Source of the DNA: Squalus acanthias
Taxonomy: Eukaryota
Direction: 5' to 3'
Length of the DNA: 64,000 nucleotides
Assembly (NCBI GenBank): GCA_030390025.1
Contig: CM059432.1
Location: forward strand, 84,570,001 to 84,634,000
The translations under genes and the position numbers were made by a program. The notes below the pieces were generated by a model, which made no database searches, was not told the DNA's origin, and saw nothing but the letters and a program-made list of their open reading frames with translations. Shown one piece after another: positions 27,349-39,349 of the stretch (the first letter of the stretch is position 1; each line of letters opens with the position of its first letter).

Positions 27349-27555
27349 TTGAAATAGTGTTGTGAGATCTTTTATGTCTACTTGAGAGGGCAGATGGGGC
27401 CCCAGTTTAACGTCTCATCCGAAAAATGCCACTGCTCCTCAGTACTGCAATGAGTGTCAGGCTGGATTATGTGCTCAAGTCTCTGGAGTGGTGTTTGAGC
27501 CCATGACCTTCTGACCCTGAGGCGAGAGTGCTACTAACTCAGCCATAACTAATAC
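27349..27555 (-). mobile_element. Partial tRNA-headed DeuSINE (SacSINE1-like)
   Basis: Minus strand reads GGCTGAGTTAGTAGCACTCTCGCCTCAGGGTCAGAAGGTCATGGGCTCAAACACCACTCCAGAGACTTGAGCACA..., homologous to 45742-46186. Confidence 0.75.
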
Positions 27556-27858
27556 CCAAATGTATAAAGAAGCCCTGATGCCTACATGGTTGCCATCTAC
27601 TGCATATTCTTGAACTGATGCCTCTTTGCCACAGCGATGGTGTGGTAGGATCTTGTAACCTAAAAGCTTAATGTTGTGTTACTGGAAGAGCCTATTCTTG
27701 GTGCTGTCTGCAGGTCAGCCTGCATCAAATGCCATAATTCTGGGATAGCACTTTTGTGAAGTCAAGGCAATGCAGACATGTCTGCTTTGCCATGTCCAGG
27801 TAGGTGTGGCAGTGTCTGGAAATGTGGGTCCAGGGATAATGACGGCTGCTGACACAAT

Positions 27859-28602
27859 GGGCCGAAAATTGATCCCGGGACGCGAGAGTACGCACTGCGT
27901 ACTCTCGCGTATTCCCACTCCAATTGCCGGTTTTCTGCATGCCCTGCGCATGCGCTGAAAACCGGCAATTGCTCTTCTGAAAAGGGGGCGGGGCCTGGGT
28001 GCATCGCGTGCGCGCTACAGGCTGCGCGCACGCTGTGCACTTCATGCTTTGGACGCGCAGGTAAGTAGGGAAGATTTTGGAAATGTAAAAAGGAGGAGTA
28101 AGACCCGCTTTTAAGAAGGTAAGTAGTGAATTAAGTATTTTTTTGAATTTTTTTTTACAGGTATATCTTTTTTATAGACTTTAAAGACAGGTAAGTTTAT
28201 TTTTATAACTTTTTAAAAGATTTTAAATTTTTTCAAAAATTTAATTTTTTATTTAAAATGGTTAATTTAATTAACTATACTTATTTTATTAATGTGATGG
28301 GGTTTTTTTTTAATTTAATTGAGGTTTAGCTGTTATTTTGGGGGGGTGTAAGATTCATAAGTCTCACAGCCATGCTGTGAGACTTATGAATGGAAGATGG
28401 TGTGCTGCCATTGGCTCTAACTGAGTCACGTGATCCCACAGCTCGCACGAATTCACTACGCCGCTGGGATACGCAAGCCCAGCACAGCTGATGTCTGGAA
28501 CATCAAGTTCGTGCGAGCTGGATCAGAAAAAGCATAAGCGAGGGGAGACATCGCGGGGAAGGCTTACCCCCGCGGGAACAGAGCGAGATCAATTTCTGGG
28601 CC
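27859..28602. mobile_element. Harbinger MITE, TSD AAT
   Basis: TIRs GGGCCGAAAATTGATC / GGCCCAGAAATTGATC with AAT on both sides. Several internal palindromes. Confidence 0.9.
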
Positions 28603-29003
28603 AATGCCTCAGGTGCCATTGCACCTGCATATGTTGTCCCCATAAAATTTATCATCTTCACCTAGATCGTGGAGCACTATCAAAACCCCAAAGGAAGCTG
28701 CTTACTACAAGTTCAATTGTAGCAGCGAGCAACAATACTGTAGGAAAATATTGGAAAGAAAATCTTTAAAAATGTAAAAATGGTGCACTCCACAGCAATA
28801 AAAACTAATGCAGGATGCAAAATGCAGCCAAATATCAACATTTTAAATCAAATTTTTGCTCCAAGAATTTAACATAAGCAGCCCAGCAGAAAGGATTTTG
28901 TGTACATGTAGCCCAGCGGAGCCAACTTTTCAAAGCCATCTGTTGGCCACTGCTAGATGAACCCATCCACTTAATTGGCCTAGATTATTTTCGAATACAA
29001 TTA

Positions 29004-29144
29004 GGGGATGCATTTCCATGGGGCTTCTCCTGTTCATCTACCATACCATGGAAGAGACATGGAAATCCAATAAAATAGCATAAACGCTCTTCCACTGAAG
29101 TTATAGCAGATGAGCGGGAAAACCCCCTGCAAAAATTCACCCCC
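29004..29144. mobile_element. 141-bp Harbinger/Tourist-like MITE, TSD TTA
   Basis: TTA|GGGGATGCATTT ... AAATTCACCCCC|TTA. Confidence 0.7.
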
Positions 29145-29689
29145 TTAGTCTCTTTTAAGTTCATTGCCTGGCCACATAGATCAAGATCAGAGGCAAAAAA
29201 ATATCACCTTCTACATCATTGCTGAATAGTCTGAATAGAAGTGGACCAACCACAGATCTCTGCAGAATGGCAGTAATCACTGCAGCGTCCTTCCTGTTCC
29301 CCTTCCTTGTACTTCTTCTCCCACTCTCTCTCTCGTCCAGTTTTTTTAATCATCATTTTCTACTTTCTATTTCTGTGCCACTTTCACTCCATTTGGCATA
29401 TGTCATTTATTTCAGTACCAGCAAGATATATATTTTACTGTGTCATGTGATACATTGGCCTTGATTTTCACGGTGGGGGTGGGATGGATGAGGGTAGCCC
29501 GTACCAAGTGATGAACCATGCAAGGCCGGGGACATGGAGGCCCTGCTAATCTTAACGGCAAGGTCTCATTTAAATCTATCTATACAGAATCCCACCCGAC
29601 AACCGGCCAGATTGACTACCTGGCTGTGGGCCAGGAGTGGGCATCTGGAGGCAGGAGGCTGCAGGTGGGGACTTGGGGGGTGGAAAGCT

Positions 29690-29978
29690 CTGGGCAGGGT
29701 TTGGGAGGGGGAGAAGTTCTGGACGGGGTTTGGGAGGGGGAGAAGTTCTGGACGGGGTTTGGGAGGGGGAGAAGCTCTGGACGGGGTTTGGGAGGGGGAG
29801 AAGCTCTGGACGGGGTTTGGGAGGGGGAGAAGCTCTGGACGGGGTTTGGGAGGGGGAGAAGCTCTGGACGGGGTTTGGGAGGGGGAGAAGCTCTGGACGG
29901 GGTTTTGGAGGGGGAGAAGCTCTGGACGGGGTTTGGGAGGGGGAGAAGCTCTGGACGGGGTTTGGGAGGGGGAGAAGC
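29690..29978. repeat. 29-bp G-rich minisatellite, ~10 copies
   Basis: Unit GGGGTTTGGGAGGGGGAGAAGCTCTGGAC. Confidence 0.95.
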
Positions 29979-30695
29979 CTTGGCCGCCATTAAGAGTGGG
30001 GGGGGGGGGGATGATCGGTCACAGATCGGGAGCAGGGCAGCCTGGCGCTAGGGAGGCTCAAGGCTTCCTTGTGAGGCCCAAAGGAGCGCTCCTGGCCCAC
30101 AAGGAACCCTAAAATAAAACATCAAAATTCACCTTCTGGGCCTCTTCTGGCCCAGGAACCGGCTCCTGACAGGTTTGCCTGACAGGGGAGCCGACACTGC
30201 CCCCTACTCAGGCCGCCTTTGGTTGAAATTCTAGATGGGGTCCTGAGAACATCATCAGGCCTGATCTGCATATTTAAAGTAGGACCCCGCTTCCTTCCTG
30301 TAGGTGTCCTCGCTGCTCAAAAGAGCAGTTTAATTAATATCGGGACATGGCGGGAAGGCAGCGGGATCGGAGGAGGTAAGTGAATCGCATTACAGGAAAC
30401 TCTTTGGTATCCGGCACCGACGGGACCGGGGTGGTGCCGGTTGAATAAAAATTCCGGATGACGGAGAGGGTTATCTACCGAGGCTATTTTTAACAAACAA
30501 AAATTAAAAAATCAAGAAATGTGCAGTATACAGTAATTGGGTATTCACCTACAGAATGTTGTGTTAAATGGATGGTGGAAGATGCTTGATTAAGTACAGT
30601 ACTGCCAGTTGAGGGTAATCCATAACTCTTTAATTACTTAACAGTAAAACAAAACTTATAAACGACTGTATACAGTACTGTAGTTGACTGTACAC

Positions 30696-32444
30696 TTATT
30701 CCAAGTCAGCTGATTCATTAGGAATATCCATGCCAGCTGGGTCATCAGGATCATGCACTTCAACAGATTCTTCAGGCACTTCCGCTGCTTCAACTCTTTT
30801 GGAAGCTTTCTTAAACATGTCCCGGATGTCGGCTTGCTTAGTGGACTCTTGCCTTTTCTGTAGAAAGGTGGAATGCAGAATATGGAGGTGCATAACTTCT
30901 TGGGCAGAGTAGCCTTTCAGCAAATTGGAGGATTGAAGCAAATCCTTCTGCAGCTTTAGCCCAAGAAATCTTCTTCTCTTCAGAAATCTCATCCTCTTCA
31001 CTTTCCATCTCACTTTCCTTTTCTTTCTTTGGATTCAAAACATTCTCAATTATTTCATCATCACTTAGCATATGCACAACACCAACTTCTCTATCTGCAT
31101 CAACCCACTGCTCGATATCACTTTCACTGAGGTGACGTAGAGGGTTTGCTGGGCCTACATTTTTCACCATGCCAGCCATTTCCATTATTGTACTCTTCTT
31201 GGGACGAACATTGAACCCATGAAATTCCTCCTCTGAAGAAGAACGTTCAGCAAACATTACAGAAGGCCACAATTTGCGTCAGGCTTGCCTCAGAGTGTGA
31301 CCTTTCACCAAGTTCCAGGAACATGCAACATTATAGATGGAATCTTTAAGATTGTATTCCTTCTGAAATGCGTGAATATTGTCATCTTGGTTTATCAGTT
31401 TACGTAGGAAGTCTTTCTTGTAATGACACTTCAGAGTTTGGATAACGCCCTGGTCTATGGGTTGTATGAGAGAAGTTACATTTGGTGGCAAATAAATGGT
31501 GAAAATATTTCCCGAAACCAACTCGGATTCATGCGGATGGGCTCTATAATTATCAAGCAATAAAATGCATTTGCTATCTTCAGGTTTCCCTATTTTACGG
31601 AAATGTTCCCTCACAGATGGAACAAAAATATGATGGAACCAATACGAAAAGATTTCCTTATCCATCCAAGCATTTTTTTGAGCTTTGTACTCAACAGGTA
31701 AGTGCCTCACATTTTTAAATGCACGAGGATTTTTATACTTCCCAATAACAAGAAGTTTAACCCGGTGTGATCCAGCAGCGTTCGCACATGTTAGCACGGT
31801 TACACGATCTTTATTTTTCTTGTAACCTGAAGCATTAGCCTCACTAGCCTCAGCAAGTGTTGATTCTGGCAAAAACCTCCAAAATAAGCCAGTTTCATCG
31901 GCATTGTATAACTGTGCTGGCGACAAATCATGTTGCTGCACAATCCGATTGAAATAATCGCAGTATTCTTCTGCGGCGTCGTGATCAGCTGATTTCTTCT
32001 CCCCGGAAATATCGAATCATCGTATCCCATGCCATAACTTGAAGCACGTTAGCCATCCATCGGAGAAAGCACACTTGTCAGTGAGCTCCATCCTTACGTA
32101 GAAATCCTTCGCTTTCTCGATTAGCATGGGTCCGGAAAGTGGAACACCCTCTGAACGCTTAAGAAAAACCACTCATAAAGCACGGTATCCAGCTCTTCAA
32201 GCTTAGGCTTACGCAGCGTACGCCGTTTCTCTACACTCTTAGATGTTTCCGAACTTGAATAAAACTTGAGCAGCTTATCCTTCTGCAATTTGATGTCGTA
32301 GATTGTTGACGAACCGATTTTGAATTCATTCATAATGTTGATACGCTTCTCTCCCCTTTCTAGTCGTTGGCATATCTCGATTTTCTGTTTTAAAGTTAAC
32401 ACCACTCTCTTCCTTTTGCTTGGACCAACTTTTGGGAATTCCAT
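30696..32444 (-). pseudogene. Disrupted Tigger (CENP-B/HTH-psq + DDE_1) transposase
   Basis: [27 protein letters not shown] region. [21 protein letters not shown] and [10 protein letters not shown] give DD32D spacing. About 3 frameshifts plus a stop at 31279. Confidence 0.9.
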
Positions 32445-32509
32445 AATGCAAGATGGAGGAGATAATTGCCGATGAAGATGGAAAGACACACAGAACAATG
32501 GTGGCTAGG

Positions 32510-32630
32510 AAGAGACTACCAGCAGCGTGGGAGACACACAGCAAAATGGCGGATCAGAAGAGACTACCAGCAGCGTGGGAGACACACAGCAAAATGGCGG
32601 ATCAGAAGAGACTACCGGCAGCGCGGGAGA
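32510..32630. repeat. 48-bp tandem repeat (~2.5 copies) upstream of the Tigger transposase
   Basis: Unit AAGAGACTACCAGCAGCGTGGGAGACACACAGCAAAATGGCGGATCAG. Confidence 0.85.
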
Positions 32631-33233
32631 ATCAGACTCCTGTTATTGCGGTGTTCGGACTTCCGACAGCGCCAGGAAGCCGAGTAGTGGCACTTTGGAG
32701 AACTACCCCCACTGACTAACTCGGCGTTCGCGGGAGACTCTGACTCGGACTCGGCAACATTGCCGGTTATTGAGGAGTTGTTTTCGGAGTATGAATTTTG
32801 CCGGTTAATAGAGAATTCCGTATATTTAGGTGCCGTTTAAACGAGAGTTTCCTGTATTTTAACTGTCCCCATGCCCGGTTTCCGCATGGTGGGGCAGTTT
32901 AATCATGGCCATTGTTTCAATAAATTTGCTATTTTTGGAGCAATTGTCAAAAATAATAGTTTAAGGCAGCAGCAGATCAGCAGTAAGCATCAAAAGCTGA
33001 ATATTAGATCCCAGACTAGAAGTGAGAAACATTATTTGAGATCTACACTAGAATGTTGAATGTGAATTTGAATACAGATCAGAATCTACAAAGTCAAAAA
33101 ATATCTGTAACACATCTATCTCCACTGAAAATAATCATGCCACTTTCTCCTCCTCAATGATCTTGTGGATTTTCCAGCAATTGTGTCTCTGGTTTGTTCA
33201 TTAAAGGTATCTTTGTTTTCAGTAATAAAACTT

Positions 33234-33966
33234 CAGGTGGAATTTGCAATAGAAATAACGGTGAGCTTATTAGCGCTCACCGTTATTTACATGGTAATCG
33301 GACAACAACTTCTGGCGACCGCACATGCGCAGTAATGTGAAAATCTGGAACTTGCTGTCCGAGGTGCGACATTCCTCCAAAAACTTCTGGAAAAACAACA
33401 TCTCACCATCTGGCTCACCATTCAAATACATTGAACGGTGTGAAGTTGCTGTATTTACCTCATAGATACAGTCTAAACTCGCCAGAAAAAGTTAGAGCTT
33501 GTCCATTCCAGTATAACAGCATGGTAAGTCTTAATTACTGCCAACCAACCTTTCTGGCATTGAAAATTAACTCCTTCAGATTTTAATTATTGTTGGAGAT
33601 TTAAAAATTTTTAAACAATTTAAATATAATTTGTTTTACTTTTTCTTTTATTGCTCTCTCTTAATCGCATCTTTCTTTCCCTCTCTTTATTTTGCTTTCT
33701 GTACCTGATTTGACATTGAATTAAATATTCTAACTTACACTTCCTGGTTCAGACTCTGTGCTGCTCATTAATGATTCTTCAATCTGATTGGTTAAGGAGA
33801 TACACAGTTGCTTGCCTTGTTCACACAGGTCCCAGTTGCTCTGTAGAGGGTCCTGCGCTTTTTGGATGGTTGGTTGACAGGAACTTGCCATGCAAATCCC
33901 ATAGAAAGTGCAAGTGTAACAAACGGCTGCCGCTTTTTGTTCGCCACTCTGAGCAAGATCCAGCCC
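33234..33966. mobile_element. Older Harbinger-type MITE
   Basis: Degenerate TIRs CAGGTGGAATTTGC / GGGCTGGATCTTGC. AT-rich core resembles 28130-28330. Confidence 0.5.
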
Positions 33967-35454
33967 ATTATTTTCCAACAGTTCAAGTTGAGACTGCGTA
34001 AAGCATAATTTTATACTTTATTTACTATCCATTTTCAGCCACTATTAACAATGTTGCATTAATATTTAAGTTTATCTTGTTCCTAATTTCTGGGTTGCTA
34101 ATTAATTTGTATCATTACTGCTGTCAGATGTACTACGCTATGAAAAGTTAAAATTGCTTCTTAGGGTTATTGTGTGATTTTCCACCAGAGAAATTGTCAC
34201 AACTCCTATATTGTCTTCCAATTGCAAAACCTATTGCCTGCAGTTCAGAAATTGTCAGTTTTATATATTGTGTGATGTTACATATTAGAATTATTACTTT
34301 GATAGTTGCAGTTTCACTCATATCTCATTTAGTTATTTATTTTGTAGTCCCAGAATAGGCAAGGACAGGGAAAGGGAGCATTCTTTTAATCAAATATTTG
34401 ATAGATCTTATAACCACCTTTTCTATGAAATAAATCATAGTTTACTATCTCATTAGTTCTTGACTTACATATATATCTTAGAAAATGACTTGCAATACAG
34501 CACAATGTGCTTTCTTTGAAAATGTAAATGAACTGTTTTATAATTTAACTGTATAGTGTTTGTGTATTGCCATCTGCTAAATTATATGTTTCATCTCAAT
34601 GCAGTGCCTTGGTAAAATATTTTAAACAAGTTAATAAAATAAATGGATTTTTGTACAGCATGCCATCCAGTGGTTAAATTAGGTGATTAATTACCACAAA
34701 ACAGTTATCAAAGAAAACCACTAAACACAGTGGTTTGGAAGTATATTTATTATCTGAAATTTGTGACAACATTTAAGGCTTATTGTACAGACCATTCAGA
34801 GCAAATTGATTTAGGATTCTATTGTGGAATAATGTATCTTTTAAACATTGATTAAAATGAATGCCAAATAATTAATAAGTAAGCTGCAAATCTTTCCTAC
34901 AAATGTTGACTCTTAAACTAGCTTATTCTGTTTATGCTGATGGTAGGCTGATATGTACTGCTTGTAAATAAGTTGTGTTGAGATACGAGAATTTATTTGG
35001 AATATATTGACTGCACTGTGTAAGAGTTGGTGACCAGTTTCACACTGCATGAATGGATGTGGTATTAGCTCTACTTTCATTGAGACTTGAGCAGAAAGGC
35101 ATATTCACGCTGCCTACTGCCACTGGAATGAAGCTGAGGAATGCAGGGCTCTATGAATATGTAATGAAATTAGGGCTTTTTGGACTCTGAGTGTCAGATA
35201 TATTTTACAGATGTTGTTTTAAAACTGATAAGCTACTTAGCTCCTTTCACTCATTAAAACATGAATAATGGTACAGCCGGCCACAAAGTCTTTTTTTAAT
35301 TACCCTATTGTTTGCAGGGCTTTTGTTATCCTGTTGAGACAACGTCACAGTTACACATTTACCCATTTTATATGGCAAAAATGGAATATAAGAGAACAAG
35401 GGTGTTAGGGCACACACTACTGTTGTGATATCCTACAAGAAGACAGTTTTTTAA

Positions 35455-35835
35455 AATTCATTCTCAGGATATGGGCATCTCTAACAAAGGCAGCATTTAA
35501 TGCCCATCCCTCATTGACGTTAAGAAGGTGGTGGTGTGCTGCCTTCTTTTTGCACCGCTGCAGTCCGTGTGGTGAAGGTACTCCCACAGTGCTGTTTGGT
35601 AGCTTGTTCCAGGATTTTGACCCAGCGACGATGAAGGAACAGTAATATATGTCCAAGTTGGGATGGTGTGTGACTTGGAGAGGAACTTGCAAGTGATGGT
35701 GTTCCCATGCAACTGCTAACCTTGTCTTCTAGGTGGTAGAGATCGCAGGTTTGGGAGGTGCTGTCAAAAAAGCCTGGGCGAATTGCTGCAGTGCATCCTA
35801 TAGATAGTACACACAGCAGCCACAGTGCGCCAGTT
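35455..35835 (-). mobile_element. 3' fragment of the second LINE family
   Basis: SFIVAGSKSWNKLPNSTVGVPSPHGLQR, matching 52428-52975. Confidence 0.9.
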
Positions 35836-35876
35836 GTTGTATTAATTATTTTCATGATAAAAAGTTCTCAAAACAC

Positions 35877-35901
35877 ATATATATATATATATATATATAT
35901 A
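35877..35901. repeat. (AT)n microsatellite
   Basis: Direct reading. Confidence 0.9.
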
Positions 35902-36841
35902 AAAATTAGAAAAGTAAAGTAGTCAGTCAGGCTTCAGAGCTGAAAGGTAGTTCCACAAATTGGGGCCACCTGGTTTAAAAGAAACTAGAGGCTAAATGTT
36001 TGGAGTTCCTGATACATAGGTATAAATTTCCACTGGAGTTTCGAAATTCTGTGGGAACAATCTTAAATGCATTGCTCTTTCTTAATGTAAAATCTTACAA
36101 GTAACAAACATTTTTGATGGTAAACATGTAAAGTGCTATTGTTTCCGTTTATAAAATTATTTTCAAAATAAAACTACAGTGAAATTTTTTTATAAAAAAT
36201 TCCAAAACTGTACATTTAAAGAGTAAACGATGACCATAGAAAACAAGGTTAAGAAGTGTGTGAGTAACACTCAAAATACTAATTTGTAACAAAACATTGG
36301 AGGCGAGGGGGATGGTGGCGCCTTCATCCACGGGGCAATATACAAGATTACAAAAATAACTATGTAATACTGTTGGAAAGCGGCTTGTTCTTTCTCGTAC
36401 TTATTGTGGCCATTATTTCACAATTTATATATCGCTAGATAATACTGCTAGTTCTCCAAATTATTTTTTAAATACTGAATGTGCTTTCAGTGCGTGGAGG
36501 ACAGCATGTTTGTGTCTGATCCCACGCTGTAACGTCCACAGTTGGTCCATATTTTGTGTCCATTGTATATCTCCTATTGACCAGACAATCCTCTGGAAAG
36601 TCAGAGGTACAGTGCATCAATGTTTCTCTACTCTCTCCCCCACTCAATACATTTTGCCGCGATTAAGAGCTTTGTCCTGCAAAGCATGCAGTTAAAACAC
36701 GGAAATTTAAAAAAAACAAATGAAGTGACGATGGACTGCTGACCCCTCGCATTGGGACAGCCCACACTATCTGCCTGGTCGAGCGCCACAACGCTGAAAC
36801 CTGCTCATCGAGGGGGTTGAACTGGGAGCTTGCTGGTACTG

Positions 36842-36928
36842 CTAGGCTGTAGTCCCACACAGTCTGGACGAGGCAGGCAGATCTTTGCTGTCAACTTCTG
36901 ATCTTCCTGAAACCACGAAAGGCCAGGT
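36842..36928 (-). CDS. MSC: Musculin/TCF21-family bHLH factor, coding exon 2 (TWPFVVSGRSEVDSKDLPASSRLCGTTA*)
   Basis: Acceptor TTTCAG ends at 36929. Phase-0 continuation of HPVNL. The C-terminus TWPFVVSGR...RLCGTTA* matches musculin. Stop TAG at 36844-36842. Confidence 0.9.
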   Translation of the reverse strand, partial: TWPFVVSGRSEVDSKDLPASSRLCGTTA

Positions 36929-38911
36929 CTGAAATTTGAAATGAATGAGTCAGAATAATAATCTACTGGCCACTAGTGACACAGTGAGGAAAGTTTTATG
37001 TCTGCAAACCCTTTATATAAATTAGGAACTATAATATCCCTCCCACTTTTTACTTCAAATTTTTAGCTTGGTGACATCAGCTCAGCATCAAATAACATTC
37101 CACAGGAACATAGATCAAGTTATACATAAAATCTACACGATACGACATCCAATACATTTAATATAAAATGGGAATCAGCGACACAGAATCCCTAAGCAGA
37201 CAGCGAGCTTTGTGAGCGGTTCCAATAAAGCGGCAGATTTGAAGCGTGAGACTGATAGTTCGTTGTTGGTCCAAATAGTTACAAAGAAAGGATATTGCGA
37301 TGCTCATACTAATTAACATTATTCATATACCCTAAGATAATTAAATTAAAACTAACAATTTCTTGTCTATATACAGATACACAATTGGAAATACACGAAA
37401 TCATTTGTTAAAAGTTTCTTGCAAGTAATTAACCTGGGAGGTTATTAGTTAAAATGTTATCCCGAAGGTTAGGTCTAACCAGGAACTGTTTCGCTTTTAA
37501 CGAAGATCCTTTGTATCTTTTATTTCATTTTGTGTCCCAACATGAACACATTTCTGTAATTCTGTGTTTTGTGGTTGACCGTTCCGATGCAATTTTTAAA
37601 AACCTGCCCTTTTTAATGAAACCAGACCTAATGCAGACTCAGAAACTCTCCCTGAAAAAGTTCCAGAAATGTTACTCTTGCAGGATTTAATATTTTTAAA
37701 TAGCATTATTACTTTGTGAACTTCCCAATATTAATTGAACTGAAATAACTTCTTTGCCGAGTAGCTCCCAAAACATTGCTGATCCTTTAAAGGTCGGATT
37801 CCTAAAACGCCGCTGTCTGTGAAATCTCCCAGCTCCGACTCCTGAGCCACTCAGCTACCAACCGCACACAAGACAATTGTGTAAAAGATGTATATAGATT
37901 TAAAATGCAACATCCAATAGAATTAGCTCACAAATACACATTTTAGACATTAATAAAACATAAGTCTGGATTTATGTAAAAGGAAACAAGATAAATTAGA
38001 AGTTATTTGAAAGTTGAAGTACTTCAACTCCCAATCTAAAGGAAACCGTTGTTCAGCACAAACGCTTTAACAGTTTGACTCAGAAGTTGCGTTAACTATT
38101 ACCGTGGAAAGTTACATAACTAGTAACTATCATAACACAAGATAAATAAATAAGTTGACCATTTTTGTTTTAATATTTGCCATTTTCTAATTTGGTAGCT
38201 GGCGAAATCTGTCGCCAGAGGATAAAGTGATAGCAGGAAACCTCCCGATCTTCACTTCCATTTTTTGAAGAAGAATTCATAATGATTGCACCTTATACAC
38301 AAACTATGTTATCTGAATGAAACCTGTCAGTGAAGCCAGCTTTTATTTCAGATTTTCCCGCAGAAGGAATTACTTACGTACACGGTTTATTGACACAAAA
38401 ATCCATCTGTGTGGGTTCTCGAGTTTTGTGCAAAAGTAAAGTTTGTGAGGTAAAGATGCACCTGTCTGTTTTCTGAGATTTTCATTAGCTGGAATATATG
38501 GCGATTGGTCAGTTTAGTTTAGTCCTTGGGATGTAATGCAGAAGTTCATAGAATCTTACAGCACAGAAGGAGATATGAGAGAAATTAATTTATGTGAAGT
38601 TAGTTCTTAGAATAGTACTTACATGTTGTATCATAAAGTATTCAGTTTACTTGCAATGTACAAAATTTACACCTAGAAGTATACTTACCCTGCAGCTCAC
38701 CATTAACTTAGTGCTGATATTGATTTAATATTGGTCCTGCGTAAACCTTTGAGTTTTAGCAGTACTTTAAATAAAAGAAAATATGGAGGCATATTAAACA
38801 TTATAACACCCCCATGTTAATCTCAATAGCATTTACACTTTATGCAGAGAGGTCGTCAGGAATTTAGATTCCCTCTAGTTATTGGTTTATGCAATATCCA
38901 CATTTTCTTAC

Positions 38912-39349
38912 CAGATTTACCGGATGGACGTATCCATTTTCGTATTTATCATTTGCTAAGATTTGCCTTAAATGTGCGATGTAGCTAGCTGCCAGTCTGA
39001 GGGTGTCAAGTTTGGAGAGTTTCGTATCTGATGGCACCCAGGGCAGGCTGGTTTTTAATCTGGAGAAAGCTTTGCTCAGGACTCTCATCCTGGCTCTCTC
39101 CCTGGCGTTGGCAGCGTTTCTCTGTGATTGTTTCCCCTCTTTGCCTAGCCTGGGCAGTTGCTTTTTCCTAACAGTCCCCCGCCTCTTTCTCTTGGAGCTG
39201 CAGTCAGAGCTCGATTCATCAGTGTTTTCAGCAGAGATGTAGAATTCCGTGTCGTTCGACTCGTGTTTCAAGCCGTTACATTCGAGATGGAGCCCCTGTA
39301 ATTCCATTTCCTGCATGTCCTCAGTGTCACTGAGAGATCCAGTAGACAT
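38912..39349 (-). CDS. MSC: Musculin/TCF21-family bHLH factor, coding exon 1 (146 codons; 174 aa total). MSC favoured over TCF21.
   Basis: ATG in accATG context. MSTGSLSD...[48 protein letters not shown]...[11 protein letters not shown], then donor GTAAGA at 38911. Intron 36929-38911 is in the family-conserved position. Family membership is certain; the paralog call is moderate. Confidence 0.9.

Larger units (their letters stand above)
30393..32854 (-). mobile_element. Full-length Tigger/pogo DNA transposon, TSD TA
   Basis: TA|CAGGAAACTCTTTGGTATCCGGCACC ... GGTGCCGTTTAAACGAGAGTTTCCTG|TA. Confidence 0.95.
29457..32910. mobile_element. Harbinger MITE (TSD ATT) hosting a minisatellite and a Tigger insertion
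   Basis: ATT|GGCCTTGATT ... AATCATGGCC|ATT. Confidence 0.75.

Noticed and set aside
29518..30112. Gly-rich and Pro-rich ORFs
   Set aside because: Translations of the 29-bp minisatellite.
30696..32444. Host TIGD/JRKL gene
   Set aside because: Frameshifted and bounded by TIRs with a TA TSD.
38879..38911. ORF tail [10 protein letters not shown]
   Set aside because: Intron read-through past the GTAAGA donor. The true C-terminus is in exon 2.
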